From Bacillota bacterium (GTDB lineage Bacteria; Bacillota; Clostridia; Tissierellales; Peptoniphilaceae), in contig JAEXBU010000016.1 in NCBI GenBank assembly GCA_023393815.1, forward strand, positions 1 to 56,851: a stretch of DNA of 56,851 nucleotides, in the 5' to 3' direction. A model generated the notes under the pieces. The model ran no database searches. It saw only the letters and a list, made by a program, of their open reading frames with translations, and was not told the origin of the DNA. Below are positions 19,773 to 28,100 of the stretch, piece by piece (within the stretch, counting starts at the first letter, position 1; each line of letters opens with the position of its first letter). Both the position numbers and the translations under genes were made by a program.

Positions 19773-20471
19773 TTAATCCATTAATTTGGAGCCGTTTACG
19801 CGGATCCCCGGGCCCATAGTGGATGCCAGGGTAACGGAGCGTAAATAACGTCCTTTGGCTGCTGCCGGTTTCGAACGAATAATGGCAGAGATTAAGGTTT
19901 TGAAGTTTTCCGTGAGCTTTTCCGTACCGAAGGATTTTTTCCCGATAGGTACGTTGATGATGGCCGCTTTGTCCACGCGGTATTCCACTTTCCCGGCCTT
20001 GATTTCTTGGACGGCTTGCGCTACATCGAAGGTAACGGTTCCGGCCTTCGGGTTCGGCATGAGGCCCTTGGGACCCAAGACGCGGCCGATACGACCGACG
20101 ATGCCCATCATATCGGGCGTAGCGACGACGACGTCGAATTCGAACCAGTTTTCATCTTGGATTTTCTTCATCAGCTCTTCGCCACCGACGTAATCGGCAC
20201 CGGCTTCTTCCGCTTCCTTGGCCTTGTCGCCTTTAGCGAAAACCAAGATACGTTCCGTACGGCCGGTTCCGTGAGGAAGGACGACGGTACCGCGTACTTG
20301 TTGGTCGGCGTGACGGGGATCGACACCGAGGCGGACGGCCAGTTCGATGGTTTCATCGAAATTAGCGACGGCGGTCTTTTGTACCAACTCAATGGCTTCG
20401 TTCACATCGTAAAGTTGGGAACGATCGACGAGTTTAATACTGTCTTGATATTTTTTACCTCTCTTAGGCAT
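19773..20471 (-). CDS. rplA: 50S ribosomal protein L1
   Basis: [45 protein letters not shown]. Confidence 0.99.
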   Translation of the reverse strand: MPKRGKKYQDSIKLVDRSQLYDVNEAIELVQKTAVANFDETIELAVRLGVDPRHADQQVRGTVVLPHGTGRTERILVFAKGDKAKEAEEAGADYVGGEELMKKIQDENWFEFDVVVATPDMMGIVGRIGRVLGPKGLMPNPKAGTVTFDVAQAVQEIKAGKVEYRVDKAAIINVPIGKKSFGTEKLTENFKTLISAIIRSKPAAAKGRYLRSVTLASTMGPGIRVNGSKLMD

Positions 20472-20484
20472 ATTTAACCTCCTT

Positions 20485-20514
20485 GTGGTTCAAACGAAAT
20501 GGAATTTCTCCCAC
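20485..20514 (-). promoter_or_regulatory. L1-binding operator ahead of rplA
   Basis: GTGGGAG-AAAT..ATTT-CGTTTGAACCAC immediately before the AGGAGG RBS. Confidence 0.65.
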
Positions 20515-20939
20515 TAACCTTCTACTTCGACGCCCATGCTTCGTGCCGTGCCGGCGATCATGCGCATAGCTGCTTCCACGTCGGCTGCGTTTAAGTCGGG
20601 CATTTTTGTTTCGGCGATTTCTCGACATTGATCCTTGGTGATCTTGGCCACTTTTTTCTTGTTCGGTTCGCCGCTCGCTTTGTCGATGCCTGCTGCTTTT
20701 TTAATTAAGACAGCTGCCGGCGGAGTCTTGGTAATAAAGGTAAAGGAACGATCTTGATAAACAGTCATGACTACCGGAATAATCATGCCGGCTTGATCTT
20801 GCGTCTTGGCGTTGAATTGCTTGGTAAATTCCATGATGTTCACGCCGTGGGGACCGAGAGCGGTACCGACCGGCGGTGCCGGCGTTGCCTTGCCTGCGGG
20901 GATTTGTAATTTAACGATTGCTATGACTTTCTTTGCCAT
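20514..20939 (-). CDS. rplK: 50S ribosomal protein L11
   Basis: [27 protein letters not shown]. Confidence 0.99.
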   Translation of the reverse strand: MAKKVIAIVKLQIPAGKATPAPPVGTALGPHGVNIMEFTKQFNAKTQDQAGMIIPVVMTVYQDRSFTFITKTPPAAVLIKKAAGIDKASGEPNKKKVAKITKDQCREIAETKMPDLNAADVEAAMRMIAGTARSMGVEVEG

Positions 20940-20954
20940 AGTACACCTCCTAAT

Positions 20955-20980
20955 GTGGTTTTGCGGGGTTTCCCTCCCAC
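20955..20980 (-). promoter_or_regulatory. L1-binding operator ahead of rplK
   Basis: GTGGGAGGGAAACCCCGCAAAACCAC immediately before the RBS. Confidence 0.7.
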
Positions 20981-20997
20981 TCTTAATGTGCTTACGT

Positions 20998-21555
20998 TTA
21001 GGCCTCGGTTAGTTGGTTTGCATCCAATTCTACCAAGGTGTCGCGGCCGAACATGGAAATGGTGACTTTCACCTTTCGATTTTCCTCGTCCAGCTCTTTG
21101 ACGATGCCGATGAAATCTTCGAAGGGACCGGTCAAGACTTTGACGCGGTCGCCTGCGGAATAAGTCTCCGATAAGGCTTCTTTTTTCGTCACGCCTAAAT
21201 GTTTGACCTCTTCGTCGGATAGGGGAATCGGTTTGGATCCCGGCCCGACAAAGCCGGTAACGCCTCTCGTGTTTCTAACGACATACCAGGATTTATCGTT
21301 CATAATCATCTTTACCAGGACGTAGGAAGGGAACATCTTGCGTTCCTTTAATTTCTTTACGCCGTCTTTTTCTTCGACGTAATCTTCCATGGGGACCTGG
21401 ACATCAAAGATCATATCGCCGAGATCCTGGTTTTTCACCATGGATTCCATATTGTCTTTGACTTTATTTTCGTGGCCGGAATAGGTATGGATCACATACC
21501 AGTGGGCTTCTTCCTGACCGTTTTCGCCATTTGTGCGATTTAAATCATCTGTCAA
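20998..21555 (-). CDS. nusG: Transcription elongation factor NusG
   Basis: [29 protein letters not shown] domain, SMFGRDT. Confidence 0.99.
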   Translation of the reverse strand: MTDDLNRTNGENGQEEAHWYVIHTYSGHENKVKDNMESMVKNQDLGDMIFDVQVPMEDYVEEKDGVKKLKERKMFPSYVLVKMIMNDKSWYVVRNTRGVTGFVGPGSKPIPLSDEEVKHLGVTKKEALSETYSAGDRVKVLTGPFEDFIGIVKELDEENRKVKVTISMFGRDTLVELDANQLTEA

Positions 21556-21574
21556 TCGAAATCCTCCAATACGC

Positions 21575-21796
21575 CTACAGTCCTAAAATCAGGCCCATAA
21601 CATGGCTAAAGACAAAGTCAACAGCGTAAATAAACAAGGCGGTGACGATGCTGACAAAAATTACAATCAGACTGTATTGGAATAATTGCTTTTTCGTCGG
21701 CCATACGACCCGCTTAAATTCCCTTCTAACACCGCGAAAATATTTCGTTAAGGATTGTCTTTCCTCAACCTTCGGCGTGTTGGACTTTTGCGCCAT
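21575..21796 (-). CDS. secE: Preprotein translocase subunit SecE
   Basis: GVRREFKRVVWPT + single TM; position between rpmG and nusG. Confidence 0.95.
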   Translation of the reverse strand: MAQKSNTPKVEERQSLTKYFRGVRREFKRVVWPTKKQLFQYSLIVIFVSIVTALFIYAVDFVFSHVMGLILGL

Positions 21797-21807
21797 CCTA
21801 TCTCTCC

Positions 21808-21957
21808 TTACTTCGTCTCCTTATGAACCGTATGAGTCTTGCAGAATTTGCAATACTTTTTGATTTCCATACGTTCCGGCGTATTTTTTTTGTTCTTGTA
21901 CGTGACATAGTTTCTTTGTTTGCACTCTGTGCATTCTAATGTGACGCGATCTGCCAT
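21808..21957 (-). CDS. rpmG: 50S ribosomal protein L33, Zn-ribbon form (absent from the ORF track)
   Basis: Hand translation [61 protein letters not shown]. Confidence 0.97.
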   Translation of the reverse strand: MADRVTLECTECKQRNYVTYKNKKNTPERMEIKKYCKFCKTHTVHKETK

Positions 21958-22058
21958 CACACACCTCCTCTAGCTCCTTATTAATGGAAATAAACTCAAT
22001 AAAAAAGGGCTTGTATCAAGCCTCTTTTTCCGGTAATCCGGATTTGGTTTACGGAGTG

Positions 22059-22087
22059 ATCTTATCAAAAATCCGGCCATCTGTCAA
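22059..22087 (-). promoter_or_regulatory. sigmaA promoter of the rpmG-secE-nusG-rplK-rplA unit
   Basis: TTGACA-17nt-TAAGAT with TG extended -10. Confidence 0.75.
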
Positions 22088-22093
22088 TCTTTC

Positions 22094-22651
22094 TTATTGA
22101 TTTTTAAGTATTTCTTCCCACCGATCCAATTCCTTTAGATAACGATCCCGGCGCTCGCCATGTTCTCTTTCGAAAATCGCCGTCTCCTTATCTACCGCCT
22201 CCAGTCGCTCGGCGCTTAAATTTCTCTCTGCAAAAGGATAGACTACGGTATTTTCCCGCTCGGCGTGGGCTTCGAGCAAAAAGGCGTAGTTATACAAAAG
22301 ACCGAAGACATCCAGAAAATTTTCCTTCGTCTCCTCTTTCTCCCACTTTTTCCGCGCCTCGTCTAAATTTCTGACGATATTTCGGGCCTGATCGTGTTCG
22401 ACGAGCATCCCTTGGCGGACGATTTTTTCCACCACCGGGCCTAAATCCTCGAGCATATAGCGAAAGAGAATATCCTCTTCCTTTCCGTGGTGATGGGCAT
22501 CGGAGTAGTGGCGAATAAATTCGATCATCGGCAAGACTTCCCCTTGAAACAAGACGTCGCCTTCCAAGGCCCGGATCAAGAAGCGGCGAATGATTCCCGT
22601 AAAGCGCAGAATTTGTTCGTGTTCTTTTTCGAGTACATCAATTCCGTACAT
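22094..22651 (-). CDS. Hemerythrin (HHE) domain protein
   Basis: EHEQI, HHHGKEEDILF, VEHDQAR, HAERENTVVYP di-iron ligand pattern. Confidence 0.9.
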   Translation of the reverse strand: MYGIDVLEKEHEQILRFTGIIRRFLIRALEGDVLFQGEVLPMIEFIRHYSDAHHHGKEEDILFRYMLEDLGPVVEKIVRQGMLVEHDQARNIVRNLDEARKKWEKEETKENFLDVFGLLYNYAFLLEAHAERENTVVYPFAERNLSAERLEAVDKETAIFEREHGERRDRYLKELDRWEEILKNQ

Positions 22652-24188
22652 GGTCTTTCTCCTTTTCAATAATTTTTTCGGCAACGCGCATACCGTCCAT
22701 GGCCGAGGAGACGATTCCTCCGGCGTAACCCGCCCCTTCTCCTGCGGGATAGAGATTTTCGTGGCTTACCGATTCCAAAGTCTTTACGTCACGAGTAATT
22801 CGCACCGGCGAAGAAGAACGAGTCTCCGGCGCCGTCAACAAGGCCCTATCCAACAAGGCGGAAAAGCGACGACCCATATCTTTCAGCCCCTCCGCCAGGG
22901 CCTCGTCCAAAGCTTTCGGGTAAATTCCGTGCAGATTCGCCGAAAACGTACCGGGCTTATAGGTGGGCTCGACGGCCTCTTTTTCCTCTCCGTAGAGATA
23001 GTGGCTCACGGTTTCGACCGGCGCACGATAGCTTTTCGTCATGGCGTAGACTTTTCTCTCGATTTCTCGTTGAAAATGCACGCCAGCGAGGACGCCCTCG
23101 CCATAGGTAGTCCCGTCTACGGTAACGAGGACGGCGGCATTGGCATTTTCTCCATCCCGTGCCTTGTAGCTCATGCCGTTGGTCACCACGCCGCCTATCT
23201 CCGATGCGGCCGCCACCACGTGACCGCCGGGGCACATACAGAAAGTGTAGACGCCTTTGTCCCCTACCTTGGCGGTGGCGCTGTAATCGGCAGCGGGCAA
23301 GTAGCTGCGCCACTGTCCGTATTGGCTCTCGTCGACGGCTTCTTGGGGCTGCTCGATGCGAAAGCCCACGGCAAAGGGTTTTTGCTCCATGGCTACGCCT
23401 GTTTCGTGCAACATGGCGAAACTGTCGCGAGCCGAGTGGCCCAAGGCGAGGACCACATACTTAGCGCGAAAATTCCCCTTGTTCGTAGAAAGAAGATACT
23501 CATCCCCCTCTCTCTCCAACCCGCGAAGAACCGTTCGAAAATGCATCTCTGCGCCCATCGCGAGAAGTTCTTTTCGCAGCAAAACCAATACGTTTCTAAG
23601 GGCATCGGTTCCCACGTGGGGCTTTTTCTTGTATAAGATACTGTCCTCTTCCGCCAGGCGACTGAACAGCTCCAGCACCGTGCGCCCTCTCGGGTCTTTG
23701 GATCGGCTGGTGAGTTTCCCGTCGGAGAAAGTTCCTGCGCCCCCTTCGCCAAATTGCACATTGCTTTCGGGATCCAATTCGCCGCCGGCCCAGAAGGCCT
23801 CCACCTTTTTCACCCTTTCTTCTACGACGTCTCCCCGCTCCAGTAAAATGGGCGCCATGCCCCGTTTGGCGAGAACCCAAGCGCAAAAAAGCCCGGCCGG
23901 CCCCGCGCCCACGACTACGGGCCTTTCTTTTGTTTCTATAGGCGACAAGTCGTAAGGCTTTTCCTCCACGATTGTTATTTGTTTGTGCTTTCGTACTTTT
24001 CGATCCGTCGTCACATCGACGGCGGCGATAAAACGCATAGTTCGCCCCTTTCTGGCGTCGACGGATTCGCGGTGCCGCCGCCAGGTATATTCTCCCGCCT
24101 GTAAGCCGGTGATCTTTTCGATCTGCGCTTCGTAATCCTCGGGCGTCGAGTCAATCGGGCGATGCAAGTGATTAATTCGATAGTTCAT
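22638..24188 (-). CDS. FAD-dependent oxidoreductase (COG2509-type, uncharacterised)
   Basis: VVGAGPAGLF, SNVQFGEGGAGTFSDGKL, TFCMCPGG, PETRSSSP, GEGAGYAGGIVSSA. Confidence 0.9.
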   Translation of the reverse strand: MNYRINHLHRPIDSTPEDYEAQIEKITGLQAGEYTWRRHRESVDARKGRTMRFIAAVDVTTDRKVRKHKQITIVEEKPYDLSPIETKERPVVVGAGPAGLFCAWVLAKRGMAPILLERGDVVEERVKKVEAFWAGGELDPESNVQFGEGGAGTFSDGKLTSRSKDPRGRTVLELFSRLAEEDSILYKKKPHVGTDALRNVLVLLRKELLAMGAEMHFRTVLRGLEREGDEYLLSTNKGNFRAKYVVLALGHSARDSFAMLHETGVAMEQKPFAVGFRIEQPQEAVDESQYGQWRSYLPAADYSATAKVGDKGVYTFCMCPGGHVVAAASEIGGVVTNGMSYKARDGENANAAVLVTVDGTTYGEGVLAGVHFQREIERKVYAMTKSYRAPVETVSHYLYGEEKEAVEPTYKPGTFSANLHGIYPKALDEALAEGLKDMGRRFSALLDRALLTAPETRSSSPVRITRDVKTLESVSHENLYPAGEGAGYAGGIVSSAMDGMRVAEKIIEKEKDHVRN

Positions 24189-24391
24189 AGGCTCAATTAT
24201 CCTTTGTCTTCCAAAAAAGGTCAAGACTGCTGTCAGGTTTTTTAAAGAAAATCCGCAACAAAAATGCAAAAAGCTCCGCCTCGCGTGTGACGACGAAGGC
24301 TAAACGATCGAGCTATGATTTTGAAACTCTACGGAACGTTGATTGTTTTCCAATGTAGCGCACATTATCATGATAGATAAGGAGGGAAAAA

Positions 24392-25000
24392 ATGGACAAT
24401 CGAAAAATCGGAAGACGGATCTATCCATTGCGAAAAGAAAAAAATTTCACTCAATGGCAAGTGGCGGAGCAAATGCATATTAGCGATAAAACGGTATCCA
24501 AATGGGAACGAGGTTTGGGTTGCCCGGAAGTTTCGTTGCTTCCCGAATTGTCGAAACTGTTTGACGTCGATCTAGAAAAATTTCTTTCCGGCGAATTGGA
24601 GGATAATAACGTAGTAGGAGGCAACATGAACAATCTATGCTTTTTTATCTGTCCAAATTGCAAAAATGTCATTACCGCAATGGGAGAAACCAACGTAACC
24701 TGCTGCGGAAAAAAACTGAAGCCCCTACAGCCGAAAAAAGCGCCTGAAAGTGACCGCCTCCAAGTTGAGACAGTGGAAAATGACTTCTTCATTCACTCCC
24801 GGCATCCGATGACGCGAGAACATTATATTTCCTTTGTCGCCCTCTTAACGGTAGACACTCTTCTGCTCCGCAAACAATATCCCCAATGGGACTTACAGGT
24901 GCGCCTCCCCATCCTTTCCCGCGGCAGATTGCTTTGGTACTGTAGCCGACACGGACTGTTTTATCAAGAGATAGAACCCCCTCGCAGACCTTTGTCGTAA
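24392..25000 (+). CDS. XRE-family HTH regulator fused to desulfoferrodoxin-like domains
   Basis: ISDKTVSKWERG HTH; CPNC..CCG desulforedoxin motif; HPMTREHYI..YCSRHG. Confidence 0.85.
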   Translation: MDNRKIGRRIYPLRKEKNFTQWQVAEQMHISDKTVSKWERGLGCPEVSLLPELSKLFDVDLEKFLSGELEDNNVVGGNMNNLCFFICPNCKNVITAMGETNVTCCGKKLKPLQPKKAPESDRLQVETVENDFFIHSRHPMTREHYISFVALLTVDTLLLRKQYPQWDLQVRLPILSRGRLLWYCSRHGLFYQEIEPPRRPLS

Positions 25001-25051
25001 CGCCCCCAAACGAAGAAAAAGAGAAAAAGTAAAAATTCCCGCGTAAAATAC

Positions 25052-25096
25052 AAAAAAAACGGGAAGGAAGCACTTTGCTTCCCGCCCGCTTTTTTT
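25052..25096. terminator. Bidirectional terminator between the XRE gene and the pur operon
   Basis: A7-CGGG..GGAAGCA/TGCTTCC..CCCG-T7. Confidence 0.65.
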
Positions 25097-25156
25097 GCGC
25101 CATTTTAGTCGCCGCCCTCTTCGGTTTGTTCCATAGGCGGCTGCCCGAGGGCATCT

Positions 25157-28100
25157 TTATTTCCGTTTCTTTCCCAATATATAGTCCACGCCGGCTTGAA
25201 TAAGCGGCATCACGTGTACGTCGGGAATGTTTTTGTAGAGATTGTCTTCTACCCGTTCAATGTGGCCCATTTTTCCTAAAATGTGGCCGTCGGGGCTGAT
25301 GAGCCCTTCTATATTGAACGCACTGCCGTTCGGATTGTCCACGTAGGTAAAGGCCACTTGATGATTTTCCGCCAAGGCCTTTGCCTGTTCCTTCGAAACG
25401 ACCAAACGCCCTTCCCCGTGACTGACGGGTACGCGGTACAGATCCCCCGGCCTCAGGTACATGAGCCAAGGTGCGTCGTTGGTCATGACTTTCGTGGTGA
25501 CCATGCGCGCCACGTGGCGGCCGTTGTCGTTAAAGGTGAGCGTCGGCGAGTCGTCTTGTTGGACGCGGGCTTCGCCGTAAGGCAGGTAGCCGGATTTAAT
25601 CAGGGCTTGGAAGCCGTTACAAATGCCGAGAACCAACCCTTTCTTTTCCTTTACCAAATGGTGCATCGCATCTTTGACTCTGTCGGTACGAAGAATGTTT
25701 GCGATAAATTTCGCCGAACCGTCTGGCTCGTCGCTAAAGCTGAAGCCGCCGGGAATGGCAAAAATGTCCGCCTCTCGAATTTTTTCGGCCAATTGGGAAA
25801 TGCTGTCCACCGTTTCTTGTGCCGTTTGATTTTTAAAGACAAATACTTCTGCCTCGGCTCCCGCCTTGGTGAAGACGTCTTTCGTGTCGTATTCGCTGTT
25901 GGTGCCGGGGAAGCAGGCAATGAGTACGCGACAACGATTTTTTTCGCCCATGTCTTGAATGCGGCTGTCTCCCGCCTGTACATCTCCCGGAGTTTCTTTT
26001 TGATCGTGGATTTCCGGCGGGAAGACTTTATCCAGTCCCGTGGTATAGGCTTTTTTAATGGCCTCGTCGTCTAAGGCTTCGCCATTCACCACATATCCCG
26101 CGCTCGTCAGCTTGCCGATGGCCGTAACGCCGTCAAAGTCTTCTTTGTATTCCACGACGATATCGCCATAGCGCGCGTTGTAAAGATCTTCCAGTTTCAC
26201 GTCGAATCCCAGATCGTTTCCTAAGGCGGAAATAATCAGACCCGGCAAGGTTCCCTTATGGGTCACGGCGGCGGCGGAGAGAATGTTCCCCGCGTCCATT
26301 TCTCTTTTAAGCGTCTTTGCCGACGCTTGGAAATCGTCGAGATCGATTTTCCCGTCTTCCGTCCGTTTCGCCTTTAGAATGCCCAACGGATTTCCCGCAG
26401 CCGTAAAGACATTGGAGACGACTTCTTTTGCCGCCATCGGCGCGACGGCAAAGGAAACCAACGTCGGCGGCACGTCCTTATCTCGGAAAGTTCCGCTCAT
26501 GGAGTCTTTTCCCCCGATGGGCGGAATTTGAAGATCCATACAGGCGTCGAAGGCTCCTAAGAGGGCCTTTAAGGGTTTTTGCCAGCGCGCTTCGTCTTCG
26601 CCGAGTTTTTCGAAATACTCTTGGAAGGTAAAGTACATATCTTCGATTCTCGCGCCGGTGGCCACGAGTTTCGCCACAGATTCCACCACGGCGTAGTAAG
26701 CCCCCAAGTATTGATTCTCCGCGAGAAATTCCGGATTCGAGCCGTAACTCATGACGCTCGCCGTTTGGCTCTTCTTTCCTTCTACGGGGATCAGCCCCGC
26801 CATCGCCTGCGTGGGCGTCCATTGATCCTTTCCTCCCAAGGGCATAAGCACCGTGCCGCGGCCAACGCTGTTGTCGAATTTTTCGATCAAATTCTTTTGG
26901 CTCACCACGTTCAGATCGCCCATGCGTTTTACTATGTCTTCGGCGGTGTAGCCGTCGTAGCGATTCAGGTAGTGGCAGATCGGGTCTTTTTCTACGACTA
27001 CTTTTTGGCTTCGATCCACGCCGGCCGTTTCGATAAAGGCGCGGTCTAAATCCACTATAAGGGTGTCTTCGTAGTACATACGCATGGCCGCTTCTTCGGT
27101 AACTTCCGCTACCACGGTCATTTCCAAATTTTCTTCCCGGCTCATTTTTTCGAACAGGGGCAGATCCTCTTTTTCGATGACCACGGCCATCCGTTCTTGG
27201 GATTCGGAAATGGCGATTTCTTTCGGTTTCAGTCCCGCGTATTTCAAGGGCACCTTGTCCAATTGCACGCGAATGCCCGGAGCCAATTCGCCGATGGCTA
27301 CGGACACGCCGCCTGCGCCGAAGTCGTTGCAGCGCTTAATGCGCGAGGCGATTTCCGGCCGACGGAACAGGCGCAGGAGCTTTCGCTCTTGGGGCGCGTT
27401 TCCCTTTTGCACTTCCGCACCGGCCGTAGCCAAGGAATTCGCCGTGTGTTTTTTGCTGCTTCCCGTAGCGCCGCCGATGCCGTCTCGACCTGTACGGCCG
27501 CCCAATAAGAGGATGCTATCTCCGGGCTTCGGCTCGCCGCGCCATACATTGGCTTCGGCCACGGCGCCGACGACCGCGCCCACTTCCATGCGCTTCGCCA
27601 TGTAGCCATCATGGTAAAGTTCTTCTACAAGGCCTGCGGGAATGCCGATTTGATTGCCGTAAGAGGCGTAGCCGTTGGCAGCTTCGGTGGTAATCTTTTT
27701 TTGAGGCAGCTTGCTTTCCCACGTGTCTTCCATTGGCATGGTAGGATCGCCGCTTCCCGTCAAACGCAGGGCTTGATAGACGTAAGCTCTGCCGGAAAGC
27801 GGGTCGCGAATGCAGCCGCCGAGGCAGGTGGATGCGCCGCCGTAGGGCTCGATCTCCGTGGGGTGATTGTGTGTTTCGTTTTTAAACATCAGAAGGTAGG
27901 GGATGGTTTCTTCTTTCCCCGTTTGCAAATCTTCCGCCACCACGTCCACGCGAATGGAACAGGCGTTGATTTCTTCGGACTCTTCCACATTGGTCTTTAC
28001 GCCCTCGGCCTTTAAAACTTTGGCCACGATGGTGCCTAAGTCCATCAGACTTACGGGCTTCTTGCGGCGGATTTCTTCCCGCGTCTTTACATAGCGTTCG

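Noticed and set aside
22590..23636. 348-aa plus-strand ORF (also 9725-10468, 12390-13079, 25283-26074, 47956-48723, 53467-54192)
   Set aside because: Each lies antisense to a well-supported gene and has no recognisable motifs; these are shadow ORFs
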